A stretch of 64,000 nt of DNA from an uncultured Acidobacteriota bacterium (GTDB lineage Bacteria > Acidobacteriota > Thermoanaerobaculia > UBA5066), in assembly GCA_963779415.1 (NCBI GenBank), contig CAVZYA010000001.1, positions 576,001-640,000 on the forward strand. Reading direction: 5' to 3'. The first letter of the stretch is position 1. Every line of letters starts with the position of its first letter. A program made the translations under genes and the position numbers. The notes under the pieces are model-generated. The model saw only the letters and a program-made list of their open reading frames with translations. It did not search any database and was not told the DNA's origin. This document shows positions 1 through 9,014 of this stretch, one piece after another.

Positions 1-1
1 G

Positions 2-754
2 ATTCCGCCCCTGCTCCGGAAGATGGAGCGCTTCGTCGCCTGGGGGGTGGACGGAGCGATCATGACCGACATCGGCGCGATCGCGGAGGTTCACCGGAAC
101 TTCCCCGACCTCACCCTCCACGCCAGCATCGGGGCCAACATCCTCAACGACGAGGACGTCCGCTTCTATCGTTCGCTCGGCGTTTCCCAGGTCGTGGCGG
201 ACACGAAGCTGACGCTCACGGAGCTGGCGTCCCGGAAGGGGCGGATCGACGTCGGAATCGAGATCCTGATCCACGCCAACAAGTGCTACACCTACCTCGG
301 AAAATGCTGGATGTCCCCCTATCACCGGCTGGAGCGGACGACGGACCCCTTCGGAAAGGACATGTTCAAGGGAAGTCCCAACCGCGGCGGCCTCGACTAC
401 CGTGTCTGTCTGGAATCGTGGGACCTTTTCCACGGTGACGAGCCGTGGGAAAAGGGCGTGGCCTTGAAGAACGACGCCTTCTTCCTCCTGGAAGACATCC
501 CCCACCTGATCCACCTCGGCGTCCATTGCCTGAAGGTGCAGGGGCGGGAGTATCCGGTCCCCCTCGTGGAGCGAATCGTCCGGTTCTACCGGGATCTGAT
601 CGACGCGTGTCTGGCTTCCCCGAAGGGCGAGCCCTTCGACTGTTCGCCATGGCACTCCCGCCTCGAGGCCATTCAGTCGGGACGCGACGCGGCCCGAGAG
701 GAGGGAACCCGCCTCCTCCTGATCGAGGCCCGGCAACCGGTGCCGGCGCCCTGA
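2..754 (+). CDS. U32 family 'peptidase' (Fe-S hydroxylation protein family, UbiU/RlhA/TrhP-like), 5'-truncated by the window edge
   Basis: GVDGAIMTDIG, LHASIGANILN, EILIHANKCYTYLGKCWMS (CX6C), NRGG, LKVQGRE match U32 motifs; frame is open to the window start. Confidence 0.85.
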   Translation: MPPLLRKMERFVAWGVDGAIMTDIGAIAEVHRNFPDLTLHASIGANILNDEDVRFYRSLGVSQVVADTKLTLTELASRKGRIDVGIEILIHANKCYTYLGKCWMSPYHRLERTTDPFGKDMFKGSPNRGGLDYRVCLESWDLFHGDEPWEKGVALKNDAFFLLEDIPHLIHLGVHCLKVQGREYPVPLVERIVRFYRDLIDACLASPKGEPFDCSPWHSRLEAIQSGRDAAREEGTRLLLIEARQPVPAP

Positions 755-761
755 CACGGGT

Positions 762-1958
762 TTGAGCCGCTCCCGGCGTTCCGTATCGGGCGCGATCCTG
801 GCGCTCGGCCTTCTCTCGGCGCACTGCTCCCGGGATAAGGGGAAAGGGATCGAGATTCGGGTCGGAGAGATCGACTCGTTGAGCGGCGCCCTGGCAGCCC
901 AGGGGACGGCGGTTCATGAAGGGGTCGTCTTCGCCGTTTCCGAGGTCAACGCACGGGGAGGCCTTCGGGGCCGTCCCGTGATCCTGCTGACCCGCGACGA
1001 CAGCGGCCAGCCGGACGCCGCCACGAACGCGGCCCACGACCTCGCCGTCCGCGAGAGCGTGAGCGCGCTGGTCGGGGGTTACGTCGACTCGATCGTCGGC
1101 CCGGCGGCCCAGGTCGCCGAGAGGGAGCGCGTTCCGTATGTCGCGGCCTCCTCCCTGGATCAGCGTCTCACGCAGCGCGGAAACGCCTGGTTCTTCAGGA
1201 TCAGCCGCCTGGAGCCGTTCGTTCAGGCCACGACCGCCGTCCCGCTCGAAATCCTCCCCGCACGAAACGTCGCGATCCTCTATTCGTCGACGCCGGGGGC
1301 CACCCAGCTCGCCAGGCTCCAGAAGGAGCGGCTCGAGGCCCGGGGCGTGATCGTTTCTTCGTTCGACAGCTTCCAGACGGGGACCCCCGACTTCATCCCG
1401 CTTCTCACCCGCGGGAAGTCGGCCGGGGCGACCCTCCTCCTCATGGACGGCTTCTTCGCCGACAACCTCGTCCTCCTGCGGCAGCTCCACGGATCGTCCG
1501 GGCCCGTCCTGCCCGTCGTCGGCGCGTTCGGCATGGAGTTCCCCGCCCTCATCAGGCAGCTCGGCCCTCTCGGCGAGGGCGCGATCGGAGCGATCGTCTG
1601 GGAGCCCGGGATGTCGCTCTCGGGGGACGTGGAAGGGAGCCGCGCGTACGAGACCGGCTTCGAGAGGCAGTTCGGCCACCCCCCGGCGCCGCTCAGCATG
1701 TATGGCTACACGGCGATGCGGGCGGTCCTGGCCGCGCTGGAGCAGTCCGTCGCGGTCGGCACGACGCCGGAACGGGAAGCCGTCCGGGACGCGCTTCGAA
1801 AGACAGATCTCCTCCTCCCTTTGGAGCGCCTGAAATTCGACGAGCACGGAGATCCGCTCTTCTACCAGGTCGGCATTTTCCAGATCCAGGAGGGGCGGCA
1901 CGTGCTCCTCTATCCGCGCGAGAGAGCCACCGGGGAGCCCGTCCGGCCGAAGTCCTGA
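762..1958 (+). CDS. Branched-chain amino acid-type ABC transporter substrate-binding protein (LivJ-like), probable lipoprotein
   Basis: Signal peptide ending LSAHC; IRVGEIDSLSG, EVNARGGLRGRPV...DDSGQP, LKFDEHGD are typical of type I Liv-family binding proteins. Confidence 0.85.
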   Translation: MSRSRRSVSGAILALGLLSAHCSRDKGKGIEIRVGEIDSLSGALAAQGTAVHEGVVFAVSEVNARGGLRGRPVILLTRDDSGQPDAATNAAHDLAVRESVSALVGGYVDSIVGPAAQVAERERVPYVAASSLDQRLTQRGNAWFFRISRLEPFVQATTAVPLEILPARNVAILYSSTPGATQLARLQKERLEARGVIVSSFDSFQTGTPDFIPLLTRGKSAGATLLLMDGFFADNLVLLRQLHGSSGPVLPVVGAFGMEFPALIRQLGPLGEGAIGAIVWEPGMSLSGDVEGSRAYETGFERQFGHPPAPLSMYGYTAMRAVLAALEQSVAVGTTPEREAVRDALRKTDLLLPLERLKFDEHGDPLFYQVGIFQIQEGRHVLLYPRERATGEPVRPKS

Positions 1959-1974
1959 GACCGGAGGCGGGACC

Positions 1975-3108
1975 TCAGGTCCAGTACTGGCGGGCGAGGT
2001 CGAGCAGCCGCTCGGCCACCTGCCGGTTGCGGTGCGAAACCTCGTAGCGGTTCGGGACGTCCGGACGCGCCGTCAGGGGATCGTGAAGGCTCTCCGGCAG
2101 CGTCTCGCCGACGGCCCCCTGCCATCTTTCCCTCCAGGGCTCCGGAACCCCGGACACGATCGGAAGATCGTGCAGCAGGAGATAGAGGATGGCCCAGATC
2201 CGCGGGGCCGCTCCGAACGAGTAGCCGCCCCCCAGCGTGAAGAGAACCCTCCCCGAGGCAAACAGCTCCGCCCACTCGAGGATCTGCCGGAAGAGAGCTT
2301 CGTAGTCCCGCGTCGTCAGCATCAGATCGGCGAGCGGATCGTCGAAATGCGCGTCGGCCCCGGCCTGGACGACGAGGACGTCGGGCCGGAAGTGCCGGAG
2401 CGCCGGCGGGAGCACCTGTTCGAAGACCTCGCGATAGCTCTCGCCCGCGGTGAACGGCTGGAGGGGCACGTTGAGCTTCAGGCCGCGGCCCGCGCCGGCG
2501 CCGAGTTCCCGGATCTCGCCGCTTCCCGGAAAGAGAAACTGCCCCGACTCGTGAAGGCTGAGGGTCATCACGCCCGGGTCTTCGTAGAGGATCTCCTGGA
2601 CGCCGTTTCCGTGATGGACGTCGATGTCGATGTATGCGGTCCGGAGGCCCCTCCGGGTGAACAGGTCGATGGCGACCGCGAGATCGTTGTAAATGCAGAA
2701 GCCCGAAGCGGAGCTTCGCCCCGCGTGATGGAGTCCCCCACCCAGCTGAAGGACCCGCTTTGCATTCCCTTCCGCGATGAGACGGGCCCCGAGCAGGGTC
2801 CCGCCCACGTGCAACCGGGCGGCCTCGTCCATGCCGGGGAAGGCGGGCGTGTCCTGGGTACCGAGCCCGTACACCGCCGCGTCGGGAACCGTTCCGCCCG
2901 CGCTCAGCTCCTCCACGCGCTGCACGTAGGCGTCGGCGTGGACGGCGAGAAGGTCCTCTCTCGTGGCGGGCTCCGGCTCGACCGACTCCACGGAATGGCC
3001 GAGCGCAGAGACGAGATCGAGAGTCATCTCGACACGGAGCGGGCTGAACGGATGCTTTTCGCCGAAAGAGTATTTCCGGTAGGCCGGGGCGAAGATCACC
3101 GCGGGCAC
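1975..3108 (-). CDS. acuC: Acetoin utilization protein AcuC (Zn-dependent histone-deacetylase family)
   Basis: HPFSPLR, GGGLHHA, ASGFCIYND, IDIDVHHGNGVQ, QAGADAHFDDPL, GGGY; GTG start overlaps the acuB stop. Confidence 0.92.
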   Translation of the reverse strand: MPAVIFAPAYRKYSFGEKHPFSPLRVEMTLDLVSALGHSVESVEPEPATREDLLAVHADAYVQRVEELSAGGTVPDAAVYGLGTQDTPAFPGMDEAARLHVGGTLLGARLIAEGNAKRVLQLGGGLHHAGRSSASGFCIYNDLAVAIDLFTRRGLRTAYIDIDVHHGNGVQEILYEDPGVMTLSLHESGQFLFPGSGEIRELGAGAGRGLKLNVPLQPFTAGESYREVFEQVLPPALRHFRPDVLVVQAGADAHFDDPLADLMLTTRDYEALFRQILEWAELFASGRVLFTLGGGYSFGAAPRIWAILYLLLHDLPIVSGVPEPWRERWQGAVGETLPESLHDPLTARPDVPNRYEVSHRNRQVAERLLDLARQYWT

Positions 3109-3725
3109 GGCTTCTCCGGGGGCCAGAGGACCTGGAAGCCGCCTTTCCGCAGGTCCTGCGCCAGATAGGCGGTCTCCATCGAACCGATCCGCAGCACGGT
3201 GCGAATGGCACTCGGCCCCTCCGGATAGGAGAGGATCGAATGGATGTTCAGCTTCCGTTCGCTGAGGAAGCCGGCGAGGCGTGCCAGCTCGCCGGGCTGA
3301 TCCGGAAGGCGCACGTCGAGGCGGCCCGACGGCTTGTCGACGCCCGTCATCCGGATGAGGGCGTCGAGCAGATCGAGGCCGGTCACGATCCCGATCAGGC
3401 GCCCGTCGTCCAGGACGGGAAGGCAGCCGATCTTCCGCTCGCGCATGACGCGCGCGGCGTCCTCGATCGGATCCGAGGGATCCGCCGTCAGCGGGCGGGA
3501 ACACATGACGCCGGAGACCCGGCTGCCGGGGGAGAACGGGTTCGGCACGAGGACGCTCGTCGCCAGCCTCAGATCGCGGTCCGTGATGACGCCGACGAGC
3601 CTTCCTTCGTCCAGGACGGGCAGATGCCGGATTCCCTTCTCCCGCATCGTTCGGTATGCGTCTTCAAGGGTGGTGTCCGCGGAGACGGTCACGGCCGGAC
3701 TCCGCATGATGTCCCGTACCAACAT
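3096..3725 (-). CDS. acuB: AcuB-type CBS-pair + ACT domain protein
   Basis: Two CBS domains (IRHLPV..LVGVITDRD; IGCLPV..LIGIVT) then ACT-like DQPGELARL; directly upstream of acuC; GAGGAGG RBS. Confidence 0.88.
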   Translation of the reverse strand: MLVRDIMRSPAVTVSADTTLEDAYRTMREKGIRHLPVLDEGRLVGVITDRDLRLATSVLVPNPFSPGSRVSGVMCSRPLTADPSDPIEDAARVMRERKIGCLPVLDDGRLIGIVTGLDLLDALIRMTGVDKPSGRLDVRLPDQPGELARLAGFLSERKLNIHSILSYPEGPSAIRTVLRIGSMETAYLAQDLRKGGFQVLWPPEKPCPR

Positions 3726-3738
3726 GGGTGCGCCCTCC

Positions 3739-6363
3739 TCAGACGGGTTTCAGGCTTCCTTCCTCCAGCCAGTGCGTGAAAAGGCGGCGGATTCTGAAGG
3801 AGTCGGCGGGGATCGACTCCTCGCAGAGGCGCGGGCTCGCACCCTGGGAGGCCCGGGCCCACACCTGCTGCTGAAGGACGGCGTCCGATTCCTCCCCAAG
3901 CGCCGTCGGCTTCTGACCCGAGGCCGTGAGGTAGAGATCGTCCGGAATGAGGGCCGCGGCGCGCTGGAACTCGTCGTAGCGCCGCATCCCCTCGAGAAGG
4001 AGCGGCACGACCTCGCGGGGCGGCGGATCGGTCTCCTTCCGCGGCGCCGTCTCCTGCTTCGTAAAGGCGAACGTCCCCGGGAATGGCCTCTCGAAGAACT
4101 GGTAGCAGGCGTCGTCCCCCTTCAGGATGCCGAACTGGGCCGCACGAACCCGCCCGTGCTCCATCGTGATCGTCCCGACGCCGTTTCCCTTCTGGTCACG
4201 GAGCACGAGCTGACCCGTGACCTCCGAGACGCCGAGGCTCTGGAGGAGGCTCGGAAGCTCGAAGAGCTCGAGGTCGCCCGAGAGGCTCGCCGTCGCCGCC
4301 TCCTGAACGTGCTGCACGTCGAAGCCTCCGAGGACCTTCGCGGCGATCCGCGAGAACTCCTGGTTCGGGAAGCTCTCGACGATGTTCTCCATCAGCTTCC
4401 GGACCTGGGGCAACGGGGTCCCGGAAAGGGACTCGATGATCTGGCCGATCCGCTCGTCGTTCTTCTTCAGGACGAGCCCGAGCACCTTGAACGGCAGCTC
4501 CGACCGAAGGCTCTTGAGGAGGAAGGCCACGAGCTCCGGGTCGCTCGAAAGGTCCGACTCGGCCAGCTCCGCGAGGCGAACGCCGGCCTCTCCGAGCGGC
4601 CCCTTCTTCCGGAGCGCGTGCTCCACGACGACGCGCCGCGAGGTCGCCGTCCCGAAGCGCGCGAGGGTCGTCACGGCGCGCTCGAGAAGGGGTTGAAGCT
4701 CCGCCTCGTCGAAAGGGGCGTCCCCCCGTTTTGCCAGGAGCTGCTCCAGCCCTTCCACGCGGGCGATGAGGGCGCTCTCCGCCTTCTCGTGCTTGATCTG
4801 ACCGAGTGCCGCGAGGGCCTCCTTCACGAGCGGGGCGGGCAGGCCGGGCTCCGACAGCCGGATGACGGCCTCCAGCTCGCGGTCAGGCGGGCTGCTCGGC
4901 CGGCCGCGGAATCCGGCGAAGGAGATAAACGAGGTTCCGCTTGAAATGCCACTCGTCTTCGGGAGCGTCCCCGTCTCGTGCCATCTGGTGAAGACGCTCG
5001 AGCGCCCCGTCGCGTGCATCCGACCCGTGGATCTCCAGAAGAGAAAGGAAGAGCCGGCGCCGCTCCCGCTTCTCCTCGATCCGGATCTCGTCGAGGAGGG
5101 CCGGCACGCGAAGGGCCGGGAAAAACGCCAGGATCCTCCGGAGAAGCGGGTGCTTCTCCGGGTGCTCGCCGATGCTCCGGATCCTCTCGAGATCGAGCCC
5201 GTCGAACGCGCGGCGGCACGCGACGTCCACCGCCGTCGCGTCGATCCGCTTTTCGGCGATCAGGCGCGCGGCGACTTCGAACATCTTGGCGGCGCGCGGG
5301 AGCGAGCCCTTGTTGAACTGCTCGACCGCGGCCTGCAGCATCTCGTGGAAGCGCTTTCCGACCTCCACCGGATCCTCGGGAAGGGTCACGATCTTCCGGA
5401 TGGCGGCGCTCGCGCTTCCGGCGGCCGTCGAGCCCGTCCCTTCGAGGACCTCGACGCCGGGGGGGACGACCCAGCCCGGCAGGGCGCGCCCGAGAACCCG
5501 GAACGCTTCCGCCGTCTGCATCTCGAGCCCGATCCGGCGGAGCTTCTCGAGCGCGCGGGAAAGCTCGCGGTCGCTGTCGGATCCCGTCGCGGCGTTCGAA
5601 AGGAGCTGCGAGAGGAGGGCCTCGTTCTTCTTGCGCCGCTCCGCCGCGGCGGCCTCGCGTGTCGCGGCGGCGGTGGGCTTTTTGGCCGCCGCGTCCGCGC
5701 CCGTCTGCGACGCCGGAGGTCCCTTTTCCGGATCCGGTCGTCGAGTCGGCTCCGGCCGCGCCTTTCTCCCCTTCGCCCGAGGTCGACTCCCAGCGTTCGA
5801 GGAGCATCTCGAACCGCTTCAGCTTCTTCGGGAGATCGCCTTCGCCGACCCCCTCCCGACCGCCGGCGCCCCCCGGCGCCACCGGCACCGCTTCCCTTCT
5901 CGGAGGCGAGGGGGTTCTGGCTTCCGACCTGACGCCGGAGCAGCTCGACCGGGGCCGCAACGACCGAATCCCCCTCTCCGAGACGCGCCAGGTTCGTGCG
6001 GAGCAGGTCGCGGTCATCCTCCGGACATTGGCGGACGACGAGCGGGATCAGTTCGTCGAGGTACTCGCGCAGCCGTTCCTTCGGGACGAGGCCGTACGAG
6101 GAGAGCTGGAAGATCTTGTCGACCGCGTGGTAGAGGTAGTCGGAGACGGGGACCGCCCCCATGTTTCCGCGGAACTGCGCCGCCGTCCATGCGTTGATCT
6201 CGAAGGCGGCGAGTTCGGCCGGAAAATCGAGGAGCAGAGCCACGGCGTCGGCGACCATGAGGGGCGCGATCGAGTCGGAGAGATAGCGCTGCAGCTCCGT
6301 CAGCGCATCGCGCACGTCCGGCGAGACATCTCCCTCGTTCGTGGGGGGCGGAAGGTCGCTCAA
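3739..6363 (-). CDS. Large helical (HEAT-like) protein with C-terminal DUF4388/PATAN domain; about 3 apparent frameshifts
   Basis: Protein-like segments run through ORFs 5386-6483, 4824-6017, 4883-5521 and 3739-5019; C-terminal LSGDLELFELPSLLQSL...TGQLVL...GRV...GTFAF is DUF4388-like; CAGGAG RBS before TTG at 6363. Confidence 0.7.
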
Positions 6364-6483
6364 CGAAGCTCCTGCAGCCTTCACCTCACGGGCGGCAACT
6401 CCGTCCGTCGATTCCGATGTTCCCGCAATGATAACCGGGCGCCTCGTGGAAGCGTTCTCCCATCGGAAGGCCTCGCACCTCAC

Positions 6484-6509
6484 GCAAGTGATTCAGATAC
6501 ATCATTTGC
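6484..6509. promoter_or_regulatory. Imperfect inverted repeat GCAAGTGAT-N8-ATCATTTGC, putative operator between the divergent DUF4388 gene and the cytochrome operon
   Basis: 9-bp arms with one mismatch in an AT-rich intergenic patch, ending 46 nt upstream of the ATG at 6556. Confidence 0.45.
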
Positions 6510-6555
6510 TGGGAGGCCCGCGGACCGGAGCATTCCGGCGAAAGGAAACCGGCCC

Positions 6556-6888
6556 ATGAAAAGAAATACGCAGACGGTTTTCGCCCTCCTCGCCGCTCTC
6601 GGTTTCGCCTCGACCCTCCTCGCGAGCGTCGACGCCCAGAAGCAGTTCGTCGCCGCCTATCCGGACGCCAAGGCCAAGCTCGGAAAGTGCACGACCTGCC
6701 ACACGACCGCCATGCCGAAGAAAGAGGCCCCCGACCTGAACGCCTACGGCAAGGACCTCGCCGAGAAGGCCTATGACAAGGCCAAGAAGACCTACGACTT
6801 CAAGAAGGTCGAAGCGCTGGACTCCGACGGCGACGGCGTCAAGAACATCGACGAGATCAAGGCCGGAACGAACCCGGGCGCGAAGTAA
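6556..6888 (+). CDS. Small secreted monoheme cytochrome c with C-terminal TSP3-like Ca-binding motif
   Basis: AAGGA RBS, signal peptide, single CTTCH, C-terminal LDSDGDGVKNIDEIKAGTNPG; Lys-rich, 110 aa. Confidence 0.8.
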   Translation: MKRNTQTVFALLAALGFASTLLASVDAQKQFVAAYPDAKAKLGKCTTCHTTAMPKKEAPDLNAYGKDLAEKAYDKAKKTYDFKKVEALDSDGDGVKNIDEIKAGTNPGAK

Positions 6889-6898
6889 GGCTTCCCTC

Positions 6899-8134
6899 TT
6901 GAGAGCCGCGCTCCTCGCCGTTCTCCTGGGTGGAGTGCTGCTTCCGGCCGCCGCGGCGCCGAAGAAGCCCCCGGCCGTTGCCCCGCCGACGAACGACGAC
7001 TGCCTGACCTGCCATTCGGACGAGGTCCCGCGGGCCGACGGTAGGAAGATCGCTCCCGTCGGCCCGCTCTTCGCCGCCTCCGTCCACGGGGAGGCCGGCG
7101 TCGCCTGTGTCGACTGCCACGCGGACCTCGCGAAGGCCGAGCTCCCCCACGCCGAGAAGCTCGCGCCCGTCGACTGCTCTCCATGCCACGAGAAGCCCGC
7201 CGAGGCGTTCGCCAAGAGCCTTCACGCGGCCGTCTCCGGGAAGCGCCCCGGCACGCCGACCGTCACCTGCGGCAGCTGCCACGGCTCCCATGACATCCTC
7301 CCGTCGAAGGACCCGAAGAGCCGGACGAACCACTTCAACGTCCCGACGACCTGCCTCGCCTGCCACGGGAACACCGGGATGGTCCGGGACTCCGCCCTCG
7401 CCGCGAAGTCCGGAGCCCCCTCCACCTTCGGCGACAGCATCCACGGAAGCGCCCTCGAGAAGACCGGCCTCGAGGTCGCGCCGAACTGCGCCACGTGTCA
7501 CGGAGCCCATCGGATCCTCCCCCCCTCGGACCCGGACTCCCGAATCGCCCGCGCGCGCGTTCCGGAGACGTGCGGCAGCTGCCACGTGAAGATCCTCACG
7601 GCCTTCCAGACGGGCGTTCACGCCGAGGCGGCCCGGAAAGGGAATCCGGACGCGCCGGTCTGCATCGACTGCCACTCCGCGCACGCCGTGAAGACGCCTT
7701 CCACCGTCACCTGGAAGGTCGGAGTCATCAAGGAGTGCGGCACCTGCCACGTCGATCTGATCGAGACCTACCGCGATACGTATCACGGTCAGGTGACGGA
7801 GCTCGGCTTCGCGCGTGTCGCGACCTGCGCCGACTGCCACGGCGCGCACGCGATCCTCGCCCCCTCGGACCCGGCGTCGACCGTCTCCCGGCAGAACGTC
7901 CTCACGACGTGCCGGAAGTGTCACCCGAAGGCCACGGCCAACTTCACGAAATACGACCCGCACGCCGACCACAGGAACCGGAAGCGGGACCCCCTTCTCT
8001 TCTACACGGCGAAGTTCATGAAGTGGCTCCTCATCGGCGTCTTCTCGTTCTTCGGCGTCCACACGCTTCTCTGGCTTCCACGCTCCATCCAGGCGCGCCG
8101 CGTGCACGAGCGGCACCGGCACCGGAAAAAGTGA
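6899..8134 (+). CDS. Periplasmic 11-heme cytochrome c with C-terminal membrane anchor (like the c-type domain of CbcL)
   Basis: Signal peptide from TTG 6899; 11 CXXCH motifs counted; C-terminal TM helix FMKWLLIGVFSFFGVHTLLW. Confidence 0.9.
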   Translation: MRAALLAVLLGGVLLPAAAAPKKPPAVAPPTNDDCLTCHSDEVPRADGRKIAPVGPLFAASVHGEAGVACVDCHADLAKAELPHAEKLAPVDCSPCHEKPAEAFAKSLHAAVSGKRPGTPTVTCGSCHGSHDILPSKDPKSRTNHFNVPTTCLACHGNTGMVRDSALAAKSGAPSTFGDSIHGSALEKTGLEVAPNCATCHGAHRILPPSDPDSRIARARVPETCGSCHVKILTAFQTGVHAEAARKGNPDAPVCIDCHSAHAVKTPSTVTWKVGVIKECGTCHVDLIETYRDTYHGQVTELGFARVATCADCHGAHAILAPSDPASTVSRQNVLTTCRKCHPKATANFTKYDPHADHRNRKRDPLLFYTAKFMKWLLIGVFSFFGVHTLLWLPRSIQARRVHERHRHRKK

Positions 8135-8148
8135 GGCAGGGTCCGACG

Positions 8149-8982
8149 ATGCCGAGCCATTCCGAACCGGCCGGGGAGGTCTGCTACCGGCGCTTCAGCC
8201 GGACCGAGCGGATCATGCACGCGATGCTCTTCTCGAGTTTCCTGGGCCTCTCCCTCACGGGCCTTCCGCTTCTCTTTTCGGACCAGCCGTGGGCCCAGGG
8301 GTTCGCGCACGCCGTCGGCGTCCGGACGGCCGGCAACATCCACCGATTCTTCGCGGTCGTCCTCATCGGGACCTTCCTCGGACACCTCTTCCTGATCGTC
8401 GAGCGGCTCTTCGGGAAGAGGGACTTCGGCATCCTCTGGGGACCGCATTCCCTCGTCCCCCAGCCGCGCGACGTCCGGGAGTTCGTCGGCCACATGAAGT
8501 GGTTCCTTCACCTCGGGCCGCGCCCGAAGTTCGACCACTTCGCCTACTGGCAGAAGTTCGACTACTGGGCCGTCTTCTGGGGGATGGGGATCATCGGCGG
8601 CTCCGGGCTGATGCTCTGGTTCCCGACGTTTTTCGCGCGGCTCCTCCCCGGCTGGGTCTTCAACGTCGCCACGGTCGTCCACGGCGAGGAGGCGCTTCTC
8701 GCGGTCATCTTCATCTTCACGGTCCATTTCTTCAACGAGAACCTCCGCCCCGAGAAGTTCCCCATGGACGACGTGATGTTCACCGGGCGGGTCTCCGCCC
8801 ACGAGCTTCGGGACGAGCGGCCCGGAGAGTGGGAACGCCTTCGTGCCGACGGTTCCCTCTCTGCCCTCGAGGTGCCGCCGGCGTCGCCCCGCCTCCGGCG
8901 GGCGGGCCGCGTGATCGGCGCCACGGCCATCACGCTCGGGCTCGTCCTCGTCTCCCTGACGATCTACTCCCTGACCCGGTAG
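8149..8982 (+). CDS. Di-heme cytochrome b, FdnI/HydC family (like the membrane domain of CbcL)
   Basis: YRRFSRTERIMH, NIHRFFA, YWQKFDYWAVFWG, VVHGEEALLA...VHFFN supply four heme b His; RPEKFPMD. Confidence 0.88.
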   Translation: MPSHSEPAGEVCYRRFSRTERIMHAMLFSSFLGLSLTGLPLLFSDQPWAQGFAHAVGVRTAGNIHRFFAVVLIGTFLGHLFLIVERLFGKRDFGILWGPHSLVPQPRDVREFVGHMKWFLHLGPRPKFDHFAYWQKFDYWAVFWGMGIIGGSGLMLWFPTFFARLLPGWVFNVATVVHGEEALLAVIFIFTVHFFNENLRPEKFPMDDVMFTGRVSAHELRDERPGEWERLRADGSLSALEVPPASPRLRRAGRVIGATAITLGLVLVSLTIYSLTR

Positions 8983-9014
8983 GATTCCCCCGGCGCGCGG
9001 AGGAGGCGCCTCGA

